Source: Candidatus Portnoybacteria bacterium RBG_13_40_8
GTDB lineage: Bacteria > Patescibacteriota > Minisyncoccia > RBG-13-40-8-A
DNA length: 48,420 nt
Direction: 5' to 3'
Assembly (NCBI GenBank): GCA_001819435.1
Contig: MHMT01000013.1
Span: 1-48,420, forward strand
The notes beneath the pieces are model-generated. The model ran no database searches and was not told the origin of the DNA. It worked only from the letters and a program-made list of their open reading frames with translations. The first letter of the stretch is position 1, and each line of letters begins with the position of its first letter. Positions 32,149 through 40,177 of this stretch are shown here, piece after piece. The translations under genes and the position numbers were made by a program.

Positions 32149-34686
32149 CTAACCCCCTATTTCATTTGCTTTTATTTCTATAAAATCACCGCGCTTAAGA
32201 CTTATTTCTAATATCTTTTTAGCGATTCTGCTCTCGATTTCATCTTGAATTACCCTCCTCATTGGGCGGGCACCGAACTCCGGCTGATAACCAAGCTCAA
32301 CGATTTTTTCTATTAAATCTGGATTAACCACTAAACGAATTCCCATACCCTCTAATAATCTTTTTGATAAGTCGTTCATCATTAAAATAGCTATCTTGAT
32401 TAAATGTTCATGGGTTAAGGGCCTGAAAATAACCACGGCATCAAATCGATTTAAAAATTCTGGTTTAAAAACCCCATTCTTCAATAAGTAATCGGTTAAA
32501 TCTTCTTTAAAAGATTCCAGATTTTTCTCCTCTTTTACCTTTTGTCTAATTAATTCGGCTCCAGCATTTGAAGTACCAATAATTATACAATCAGTTAAAC
32601 TTATTTTTTTACCAAAAGCGTCAGTTATCCAGCCCTCATCAAAAACTTGAAGGAATAAATTTAAAATATTTGGATGAGCTTTTTCAATTTCGTCTAAAAG
32701 AATTAGAGAAAATGGATTATCGGAAATAGCCTTAGTAAATAATCCCGGCTCCCCTATCTCGATTGAACCAATTAAACGATTAATTGAAGAAACTTCCTGG
32801 TATTCTGACATATCAAATCTTATCATCCTTTCAGCCGAACCATAATAGGCCTCGGCCAAAGCTTTTGAGGTCTCGGTCTTACCAACGCCCGTTGGACCCA
32901 AAAATAGAAAACTGCCGATTGGTCTTTTGCCGCCTCTAATTCCCACTCTTGCCCTTCTCATGGCTTCTGAAATTAATTTAACAGCTTCTTCTTGATTAAT
33001 TATCCTCTGATGAATCCTTTGCTCCAGCGCTAGTAGCTTCTCTCTTTCTGTCTCTTGAATTGTTCCCACCGGCACCTCAACTCTCTCGGAAATAATTTTA
33101 TTTATATCTTCTGGTAAGATTGCTTTTTCTCCTTTGGCGGCAGTATAAACAAATGTCTCAGTTAAAATATCGATTGCTTTCTCGGGAAAAGGAGCGTCTT
33201 GGATATAACGCTCGGTTAACTTGACAATGTCTCTTAAAACTCGATAACTGACTGAAATTTTATATCTCACTTCCAGGCCAGGCAGCATATCTTCTAAGAT
33301 AAGTATTGTTTCTTCGACGGTCGGCTCGATAACCTCAACTTTAACAAAAAGGTTTTTCACCGAAGCATTGTTCTCAACGTATTTATGCCATCCTTCATAA
33401 GTGGTAATGCCGATTACCTGAAAACTAGATGACGATAAATAAGGCAAAATAACCGAAGTTATATCAACGGCTGCTGGGCCCCTATCAGAACCGAGGTAAT
33501 TATGAATCTCGTCAATAACCAAAATCACGTTTCCAGAACTCACTGCTTCGGAGAAAATTATTTTTAGCCTCTCCAATATTTCACCCGGCGTGTCCAGACC
33601 AGCCAACACTGCCTGCATATCTAATTCCAAGACCCTCTTATCATTCAAATTAGAAAAAGAACGACCTTCAATAACTTTTTGAGCAAAACTATAAGCTACA
33701 GTTGAACGACCAGAGCCGGCTCGACCAACCAATAAAACATTATTTTCTCCGCTTCTAGCTAATATTCTCTCTATGGCATAAATTTCCTTTTGATGACCAA
33801 TCAACTGGATAGAAAGATTCTGCTTTTTAATAATACTTGTTACTTCAACGCTGTATTTATCTAAATTTACAGTGTATCCAGCCGCCCATTGTTTACCAAT
33901 CCCCCGCTGTTTCATTAAATTATCCAATCGCCAAAACTGCTTTTTCTTCTTTATGTCGTATTCAAGATAATCTTCCCAGGCCGTTACATGATTAACATCA
34001 TCATAATCCATATCGAGACCGGCTATTATTTCTTTGAATCCTTCACACTCTTCGACAGCTGCTAATAAAAAATCTCTTATTTCAATATGACGATGAAAAT
34101 TATTAATCGCCAAAGAAGCAGCTTTTTCGAAAACAGAATCAAATTCTTGTTTATTGATATTGTCATCCTGTTTTATTTTTTCTAATTCTGATTTTAGTTT
34201 TTCTTTAAATATATTTCTGTCCAACCCAAATTTATTAAAAATCAATTCTCCTCTCGGGTCTTGCCATAAATAAAAAATAATAGAAAAAACATTTAAAACA
34301 ATTCCTCTATTCTGACAAAATTTATTTGCTCTTATTGCGGCACGAGCCACTCGAAAATCTAAATGCTCTGCCAGATTGAGACTTTTAATACTAACCTCAC
34401 CGGATATTCTTTCGGCTAATGATAGCTTTATTAAAAAATTCTCTCTCAAAGAATCAAGAAAAATTAAATAAATAACCCCAACCATAAAAAAGCAAAAAGA
34501 AAGCAAGAAAAAAGCAAATGCCTGTTCTATGTTTAGTCCTAAAATTTCCGGCTTAAAAAGTACCAGAAATAAAAATATTGCCAAAACGCTGAATAAGCCA
34601 TTCAGTGCCTTGATTAATTTAGGCGGGAATACTCTTTCTAGGTCAATTGCTTTGTATATAAGATTTTTTCTTCTTAAATCAAACAT
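32149..34686 (-). CDS. Membrane-anchored two-ring Clp/Hsp100 AAA+ ATPase (ClpC/ClpB-like)
   Basis: N-terminal TM helices. D1 has Walker A GRAGSGRST and Walker B LVIDEIH. D2 has Walker A GPTGVGKTE, Walker B LLDEIEKAH and the sensor-2 region GARPMRR. Confidence 0.85.
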   Translation of the reverse strand: MFDLRRKNLIYKAIDLERVFPPKLIKALNGLFSVLAIFLFLVLFKPEILGLNIEQAFAFFLLSFCFFMVGVIYLIFLDSLRENFLIKLSLAERISGEVSIKSLNLAEHLDFRVARAAIRANKFCQNRGIVLNVFSIIFYLWQDPRGELIFNKFGLDRNIFKEKLKSELEKIKQDDNINKQEFDSVFEKAASLAINNFHRHIEIRDFLLAAVEECEGFKEIIAGLDMDYDDVNHVTAWEDYLEYDIKKKKQFWRLDNLMKQRGIGKQWAAGYTVNLDKYSVEVTSIIKKQNLSIQLIGHQKEIYAIERILARSGENNVLLVGRAGSGRSTVAYSFAQKVIEGRSFSNLNDKRVLELDMQAVLAGLDTPGEILERLKIIFSEAVSSGNVILVIDEIHNYLGSDRGPAAVDITSVILPYLSSSSFQVIGITTYEGWHKYVENNASVKNLFVKVEVIEPTVEETILILEDMLPGLEVRYKISVSYRVLRDIVKLTERYIQDAPFPEKAIDILTETFVYTAAKGEKAILPEDINKIISERVEVPVGTIQETEREKLLALEQRIHQRIINQEEAVKLISEAMRRARVGIRGGKRPIGSFLFLGPTGVGKTETSKALAEAYYGSAERMIRFDMSEYQEVSSINRLIGSIEIGEPGLFTKAISDNPFSLILLDEIEKAHPNILNLFLQVFDEGWITDAFGKKISLTDCIIIGTSNAGAELIRQKVKEEKNLESFKEDLTDYLLKNGVFKPEFLNRFDAVVIFRPLTHEHLIKIAILMMNDLSKRLLEGMGIRLVVNPDLIEKIVELGYQPEFGARPMRRVIQDEIESRIAKKILEISLKRGDFIEIKANEIGG

Positions 34687-35074
34687 TATTAAGTAAAAGA
34701 ATTATTGCTAAAATAAAAAGCCCCAAAATTATAAAGGGCAAACATAACCAAATTATAAAAAATAAAAATCCAAAAATAAGAACAAAAAACAAAACCATAA
34801 TTCCGACAATAATAGTGACGAACCGAACTATAAGGCCGATTACGCGAGAAATTACATTAAAGGCAATGTATTCAAAAATTTCCTTAAAATCAAATCCTCG
34901 GGGTTTTTTAGTAATATCGCGCCTCCACGGAGAAATCAATGTTTTTAAAAGCAGAGGAATAGAAAAATAATTCAGAGAAAAAATAATATAATTTCTCCAC
35001 GCAATTAAAACTTCCTTTACCGACTGACCGTAATACCACCGCCAAAAAACCACTGCTATAGGCATACTCATCAT
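34679..35074 (-). CDS. Small polytopic membrane protein overlapping the Clp ATPase start by 8 nt
   Basis: 131-aa hydrophobic ORF, probably translationally coupled to the downstream AAA+ gene. Confidence 0.6.
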   Translation of the reverse strand: MMSMPIAVVFWRWYYGQSVKEVLIAWRNYIIFSLNYFSIPLLLKTLISPWRRDITKKPRGFDFKEIFEYIAFNVISRVIGLIVRFVTIIVGIMVLFFVLIFGFLFFIIWLCLPFIILGLFILAIILLLNNV

Positions 35075-35100
35075 ACAATTTTATTATACGACATTTAAGC

Positions 35101-35135
35101 TAAACAAAAAAGCGAGGCGCGCGGAGCGCCTCGCT
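35101..35135 (-). terminator. Strong GC-rich intrinsic terminator
   Basis: In the minus sense: AGCGAGGCGC-TCCGC-GCGCCTCGCT followed by TTTTTTGTTT. Confidence 0.8.
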
Positions 35136-35157
35136 CATCTTGTTTCAGATGATTCTT

Positions 35158-35790
35158 CTATTGAAGCTTTTCCGCCACTTCAACAGCTTTCTGCTTGAAT
35201 TCCTCGATTGTGCCTTCGTTTTCTATCTCGGCGAAAAATTCCGGCCCTGGATCTTCCTGGTCTATGGCAAAAAAATCTTTGTTTCTTTCCTTAAGATTCT
35301 GGACTATATCGTCTGCATCGGTTCCTGGCCAAAAGTCCTCAAAAGTATTCTTTGGCGGCTGACTGTATTTCTCCCTTAGATATTTCTCGGCAGTTGGTTC
35401 AGAAGTAATAATTTTCAGAAGATAATATTTTACGCCCAATTCATCTGCCAGTTCTTTGATTTTCTCTCTTCTGTCCTTATCAACTTGGTTCCCATCGTAA
35501 ACAGCAATGTGTCCGTTTTTAATCAACCATTCCGTAGTATTATACAGAACCGCATAAACATTCTCTCCCCACGACATTCCTGCTTCTTTTAAAACATATC
35601 TTGCGCTGTTCGCACAATTCAAAACCGCACCTTTAAGATTATCAACCAGTGTCTTTGCCAAAAGAGTTCGGCCAGAACCAATCATTCCGACAATACCGAC
35701 GATAAATGGCTTGTCGGCTTTCTCGGTTGGTAATTTTCCCTGAATCATTTTCAGAAAATCCTCAGCCACTTTTTGAAGTTTTTCCTCCAT
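35158..35790 (-). CDS. P-loop NTPase/kinase-like protein (AAA_33/zeta-toxin-like size) with a GSGRT Walker A
   Basis: FIVGIVGMIGSGRTLLAKTL, 210 aa, acidic C-terminus. GC looks higher than the surroundings. SD AAGGAGGT 6 nt before the ATG. It is immediately downstream of tRNA-Val. Confidence 0.6.
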   Translation of the reverse strand: MEEKLQKVAEDFLKMIQGKLPTEKADKPFIVGIVGMIGSGRTLLAKTLVDNLKGAVLNCANSARYVLKEAGMSWGENVYAVLYNTTEWLIKNGHIAVYDGNQVDKDRREKIKELADELGVKYYLLKIITSEPTAEKYLREKYSQPPKNTFEDFWPGTDADDIVQNLKERNKDFFAIDQEDPGPEFFAEIENEGTIEEFKQKAVEVAEKLQ

Positions 35791-35822
35791 AATTTTACCT
35801 CCTTAAATTAATGATTAATGAT

Positions 35823-35895
35823 TGGGCGTGTGTGGATTCGGACCACAGATCTTTGCAATGTGAATGCAACGTTCTAACCGCTGAACTACACGCCC
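35823..35895 (-). tRNA. tRNA-Val (anticodon CAC)
   Basis: Hand-folded from GGGCGTGTAGTTCAGCGGTTAGAACGTTGCATTCACATTGCAAAGATCTGTGGTCCGAATCCACACACGCCCA. The anticodon loop is TTCACAT. Confidence 0.9.
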
Positions 35896-35899
35896 AAAA

Positions 35900-36895
35900 T
35901 TACCACAAATTTACTCTATTTATTAAAACTTCATTTTTGCCGGTTAATAAGTCTCTCACAAACCTGTCATACATGTCATAACGATAATTAAATTCTTTGC
36001 TTGTCATTACTGCGCAATTCAATTCTTTACCAACCTCTGCCTCAAGATCCTTAAGAAAATTATTAAATTTTCTCTGATTAATCTTGTCGCCGACTATCAA
36101 TAAATCTACCCTGGAAGCGTCATCGGCCGTAAACACACCCGATAAAACCAAAAGCTTTATATTGCCTAATCTTCTGACGGTATTTATCAAATCGTCCTTT
36201 GAAGAAATGGTTGATTTTAAAATCAAATTTCTTAATTCATTAATAAAATCAAATCCGGGGTTGAGATAATAAACGATCTTTTTTTCTTTTTTAATTCTGC
36301 CACTTTTCCTCTCAAATGAAAGCCAGGCTTTTTTCTGTTTAATAATACCTATATTTTCCAGCTTATTTAATTCTTGACGCAATACAGAAATATTACTCCT
36401 TAATCTTTTGAAAATATCTTTTTGCCGAAAAACATCTTTTGAATTTCTGAAGAAAAATTTCAAAAGCTTTAACTTTGGTTGAGATTCAAACAACTGTTCC
36501 AGGGCCCCCTTGCCGATATAAACTCTTGGTTTAATTGATTTTACTTTTCTGGATTTTCTTCTTTTCGCTGGCCTTTTTGTCTTCTTGGCTACTTTTTTTC
36601 TTTGCCAAATCTTTTTAACTGGTCTTTTCTTATCCACTCTTTTAATCTTTCTTTTTATAACTTTCCTCGGCTTGACTTTCTTAATTACTTTCTTTTTTCT
36701 TGTCTTTCTGACGATTTTTTTTACCCTTTTCTCAAATCTTAAAATCTTGACCTTCTTTTTGGGCCTTTTGACTATTTTCTTCTTTCTCGCCACAACCTTC
36801 TCATGCGGGCGGATTCGTTTGATTGGCCGCTTTGCGACTTTTCGGCGGTTTTTCTTTGGTTTTTTCGCCATAATTCTATAATAAACCTTCCTCAT
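35900..36895 (-). CDS. Protein with a ~115-aa K/R-rich N-terminal region fused to a winged-helix-like and C-terminal domain
   Basis: The N-terminus is almost entirely K/R/V/I/P (KKPKKNRRKVAKRPIKRIRPHEKVVARKKKIVKRPKKKVK...). It is followed by a wHTH-like segment (FRQKDIFKRLRSNISVLRQELNKLENIGIIKQKK). The start may instead be M9 (36871). Confidence 0.6.
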   Translation of the reverse strand: MRKVYYRIMAKKPKKNRRKVAKRPIKRIRPHEKVVARKKKIVKRPKKKVKILRFEKRVKKIVRKTRKKKVIKKVKPRKVIKRKIKRVDKKRPVKKIWQRKKVAKKTKRPAKRRKSRKVKSIKPRVYIGKGALEQLFESQPKLKLLKFFFRNSKDVFRQKDIFKRLRSNISVLRQELNKLENIGIIKQKKAWLSFERKSGRIKKEKKIVYYLNPGFDFINELRNLILKSTISSKDDLINTVRRLGNIKLLVLSGVFTADDASRVDLLIVGDKINQRKFNNFLKDLEAEVGKELNCAVMTSKEFNYRYDMYDRFVRDLLTGKNEVLINRVNLW

Positions 36896-36899
36896 TCTC

Positions 36900-36928
36900 T
36901 TGTAAAGGGCGTTAATTTGAGATACAAT
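36900..36928 (+). promoter_or_regulatory. Promoter for 36937..38940, giving a near-leaderless mRNA
   Basis: TTGTAA (36900..36905), a 17-nt spacer, then TACAAT (36923..36928). The ATG is only 8 nt after the -10 box and there is no SD. Confidence 0.5.
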
Positions 36929-36936
36929 AAAATAAC

Positions 36937-38940
36937 ATGGACCAGTCTCGTTTCAACCTTTATTTCAGGGAAATAATTTATCATCATCCTTCAGCCAAAA
37001 AGGATTCTGTCTGCGGGGTTTTTTCTTATGAAGCTTTGAATGTAGAAGAAGCAAATCTGGGCAACCTCTATTTGGTGGGTAAAATATCTAATCTTCCGCC
37101 CAAAAAGCATAAAAATTTTGATTTTTTACTAACTCTTTTGGCTTCGGCCATAAAAAGAGAATTCTATTCTGACCATAGAAGAACAACAATAGAAGCCCTG
37201 GAATCGGCCCTGCAAAGTGCTAACATGTATTTAGCCGACTTTACTAAAAGAGGACATAAAGAATGGTTGGGTAACCTTGATTTTGCGTGTCTGGCCTTTT
37301 CCCAAAATAATATACATATCGGACAAACGGGAGATATGCTTATCTATATAATGAGAAAAGACGCAATAAGCAATATTGCCAGAAAATTTACTGCCCAAAA
37401 GCAAAATGACCAGCCTCTTAAAACTTTTTCGAATATTGCCAGCGGAACATTGGAAGAAAATGATAAACTCCTGATTACTACTCAAGATCTTTTGGAGATC
37501 ACTTCCAACCAAAAGATTAAAGAACTGCTTTCTCAATCTTCTACTGAACAACTCTATGAATTTATTAAAGATTATTTAGAGGGTCAGAAAAAGAATAAAG
37601 AAGCATCAGTTAAGTATCTTTCCTGTTTAATTTTAGAGGCAGGTGGTAAGGCGGCGATATCAAAGAAAAAACAATTAAACCAAGAAGAAATTACCAAAAT
37701 TGATACGCTTGATTTGGAAAGCATATTAAATTCCCATTCGATAAAAATTAATGAAAAAATAAAAAACAGAATTTCAGTTTCTTCTGGGTTACGCAAACCA
37801 ATAAACGCTATCCTTAAATTTCATATTCACAATTATTTATTAATCCTTTTTTTAATTTCATTTATCTTGCTTTCACCCTATTTTATCCAAAAAATATATT
37901 ATGAAATTAAAATAAGCCAAGCAAATAATCTGATTAAAAGAATAAATGAAACAATATTCAAAAGCAAAATTTCTTTAGCTTATCAGGACCAGACAAGAAG
38001 TCAAGCACTTCTTCAGCGAGTTGATAACTTAATGATGAGCGTTTCGTCTATTTTGGATAAATTACCAGAAAAAGTAAAAGAAAAACCAACCCAGAAATTT
38101 GAAAATATTCAAAAAGATTTAGAAAATCAACAAAACAGCATAAATAATGTGATAAATATCGAAGAACCGGAAGAAATTGCCGACTTATCCAAAAACAGCT
38201 TTACGTTTTTTCCTCAAGGCATTTTAAAACTTGAAAACATTCTCTATTTCTATGAATTGAATTCCGGTTTTCTCTATAAAATTAATCTTGATGACATTAA
38301 TAACCATATTCTTGTTTTTTTATCTTCGAAAGATACTTTTAAGCTGGGGACGGCAAAAGACGACTCCCTTGTTCTTCTGTCCAGCCCCGAAAAAATATAT
38401 ATATATAATAAAAATGATAATTACAATACGCTTCTCTTAAAACCAGGTGTTGAAAATACTCTAAACATAAAAGACATAACCAATTACGAAAATAATCTTT
38501 ATTTTTTGGATGCAGAAAAATTAAATATTCTCAAATACTCGTCCGGAGAAACATATCTCGAGGGAACAGAATGGCTTAAAAATGAATTTAAACAAGACTT
38601 AACCAATGCTCAATCATTGGCTGTCGATGGAAATGTTTTTATTTTAAAAGCGGATGGATTAATTTTTGAATATGCTCAAGGTAAAAAACTTAAAGAAATA
38701 AGACCGAGAGTAAGTCCCATTCTAAATAACGGTGGTGAGTTGTTTACCAATTCCCAGATGAAAAACCTTTATATTCTTGACCCAATCAACAAAAGAATAA
38801 TTGCCCAAAATAAAAAAGATGATTTTAATATTCAATATATGTCCGAAAAGTTTGATTCGTTAAAAGACTTTTGGGTTGAGCCGGATGAAAAAACGATTTA
38901 TATATTGAATGATTCTAAGGTTTATAGAATAAACACGTAA
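36937..38940 (+). CDS. Hypothetical membrane protein (667 aa) with an N-terminal cytoplasmic domain, one TM helix and a C-terminal repeat-rich domain
   Basis: Long ORF with a TM helix near residue 300 (LLILFLISFILLSPYF). The N-terminal domain loosely resembles a degenerate PP2C/SpoIIE fold (GQTGDMLIYIMRKD), but I cannot confirm that. Confidence 0.6.
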   Translation: MDQSRFNLYFREIIYHHPSAKKDSVCGVFSYEALNVEEANLGNLYLVGKISNLPPKKHKNFDFLLTLLASAIKREFYSDHRRTTIEALESALQSANMYLADFTKRGHKEWLGNLDFACLAFSQNNIHIGQTGDMLIYIMRKDAISNIARKFTAQKQNDQPLKTFSNIASGTLEENDKLLITTQDLLEITSNQKIKELLSQSSTEQLYEFIKDYLEGQKKNKEASVKYLSCLILEAGGKAAISKKKQLNQEEITKIDTLDLESILNSHSIKINEKIKNRISVSSGLRKPINAILKFHIHNYLLILFLISFILLSPYFIQKIYYEIKISQANNLIKRINETIFKSKISLAYQDQTRSQALLQRVDNLMMSVSSILDKLPEKVKEKPTQKFENIQKDLENQQNSINNVINIEEPEEIADLSKNSFTFFPQGILKLENILYFYELNSGFLYKINLDDINNHILVFLSSKDTFKLGTAKDDSLVLLSSPEKIYIYNKNDNYNTLLLKPGVENTLNIKDITNYENNLYFLDAEKLNILKYSSGETYLEGTEWLKNEFKQDLTNAQSLAVDGNVFILKADGLIFEYAQGKKLKEIRPRVSPILNNGGELFTNSQMKNLYILDPINKRIIAQNKKDDFNIQYMSEKFDSLKDFWVEPDEKTIYILNDSKVYRINT

Positions 38941-38954
38941 ATAATATAAAGGAA

Positions 38955-39000
38955 AACAAAATATCCCGTCTGCCAAGCGGCAGATGGGATATTTTTATTA
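38955..39000. terminator. Bidirectional intrinsic terminator between the 667-aa gene (+) and rplL (-)
   Basis: The 14-bp stem ATATCCCGTCTGCC-AAGC-GGCAGATGGGATAT is flanked by an A-run on the left and a T-run on the right. Confidence 0.75.
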
Positions 39001-39012
39001 TAAGAATAGACT

Positions 39013-39423
39013 TTATTTTAATTCTACCACAGCACCGGCCTCTTCAAGTTTTTTCTTCATTTCTTCAGCTTCTTCTTTTTTCAGGTTTTCTTTTATAATT
39101 TTTGGCGCACCATCCGCCAAGTCTTTAGCTTCTTTCAACCCCAGACCGGTGATTTCTCGAAGTACTTTAATTACCTGAATTTTTTGAGCACCAGCATTTT
39201 TTAATTCTAAATTAAAAACGGTTTTCTCTTCTTTCACGCCTTCTCCTGTTCCACTGGTCAAACCACCAGTCATAACCGGAGCAGCGGCCATCGGCGAAAC
39301 GTCGAATTTTTCTTCTAAAATCTTAACCAATTCAGCCAAATCCATCACGTTCATCTTTTCAATCTCCTCAACCAATTTTTTAAATTTTTCCGGCACTTTT
39401 ATATCTTTTTTTTCTTCAGTCAT
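39013..39423 (-). CDS. rplL: 50S ribosomal protein L7/L12
   Basis: The alanine-rich hinge is followed by [28 protein letters not shown]...[19 protein letters not shown]. Confidence 0.95.
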   Translation of the reverse strand: MTEEKKDIKVPEKFKKLVEEIEKMNVMDLAELVKILEEKFDVSPMAAAPVMTGGLTSGTGEGVKEEKTVFNLELKNAGAQKIQVIKVLREITGLGLKEAKDLADGAPKIIKENLKKEEAEEMKKKLEEAGAVVELK

Positions 39424-39451
39424 ATTTTTATTCTTAAATTAATTATTACTT

Positions 39452-39508
39452 ACCCCGTTAAATCCCGCGAAGCGGGACCCCGCATATATGCGAGGTATTT
39501 AACGGGGT
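39452..39508 (-). repeat. Y-shaped palindromic element, family 2, copy B (rplJ-rplL spacer, overlapping the rplJ stop)
   Basis: The outer stem is ACCCCGTTAAAT/ATTTAACGGGGT. The inner hairpins are TCCCGC-GAA-GCGGGA and CCCCGCAT-AT-ATGCGAGG. Confidence 0.75.
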
Positions 39509-40017
39509 GAATTTTGTAAAGCACTTAATACTCCAATTAAATTTCTAATATTGCCTTGTAAAACATTCGCAAAACCACTGATCGGATATTGAATCGACCA
39601 AATTAATTTTGCCAATAATTCTTCTCTTGAAGGAATATTAGCCAAATCTTTAATCTGTTCAGTAGTCAAAAATATATCATTTATCAATCCACCTAAGATT
39701 TTTAAATTCTCATTTTTCTTGCCAAAATTAACCAAAATCTTAGCTATAGAAACAGAATCCCTATAACCAAAAACTAAAGCCAGGGAGCCTTCGAACTTAG
39801 CCATGTCTATCTTTCTATTCTCTTGTTTTAGCGCTAAATTTATTAACGTTTTTTTTGCTACTTTATATTCGCCTTCTGCTTTTTTAATTTCTCTTCTGAG
39901 TTTTTGAATGTCTACCACTTTAATTCCTTTTATATCGGTAAAAATCAAACCTTGCTGACATTTTATTTTATCAGCCAAGTCATTAATAATTTCTTTCTTC
40001 TGGGTTTTGGTTAACAT
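39499..40017 (-). CDS. rplJ: 50S ribosomal protein L10
   Basis: The L10-like N-terminus is MLTKTQKKEIINDLADKI...LIFTDIKGIKV..IQKLRREI. It lies directly upstream of rplL. Confidence 0.9.
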   Translation of the reverse strand: MLTKTQKKEIINDLADKIKCQQGLIFTDIKGIKVVDIQKLRREIKKAEGEYKVAKKTLINLALKQENRKIDMAKFEGSLALVFGYRDSVSIAKILVNFGKKNENLKILGGLINDIFLTTEQIKDLANIPSREELLAKLIWSIQYPISGFANVLQGNIRNLIGVLSALQNSPR

Positions 40018-40139
40018 AAATAAAAATCTGCGTTAAGCCGCAGACATTCTCATAAACTCACAAGCTCAATTGCTCATGAACTTTTTGCCTCGATAGGATT
40101 TATGCTTTCGCAGCCTACTGTCTACGGCTATTTAATTAT
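40018..40139 (-). promoter_or_regulatory. Structured rplJ leader (L10-leader-like) with a terminator-like hairpin just before the AUG
   Basis: A ~120-nt 5' UTR follows the promoter. In the minus sense the hairpin TCTGCG-GCTTAA-CGCAGA (40044..40027) is followed by TTTTTATTT and then the ATG. Confidence 0.5.
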
Positions 40140-40145
40140 AATGTT

Positions 40146-40174
40146 ATATTATTACAATAAAAAATACTTGTCAA
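40146..40174 (-). promoter_or_regulatory. Promoter of the rplJ-rplL operon
   Basis: In the minus sense: TTGACA (40174..40169), a 17-nt spacer, then TAATAT (40151..40146). Confidence 0.65.
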
Positions 40175-40177
40175 TCT

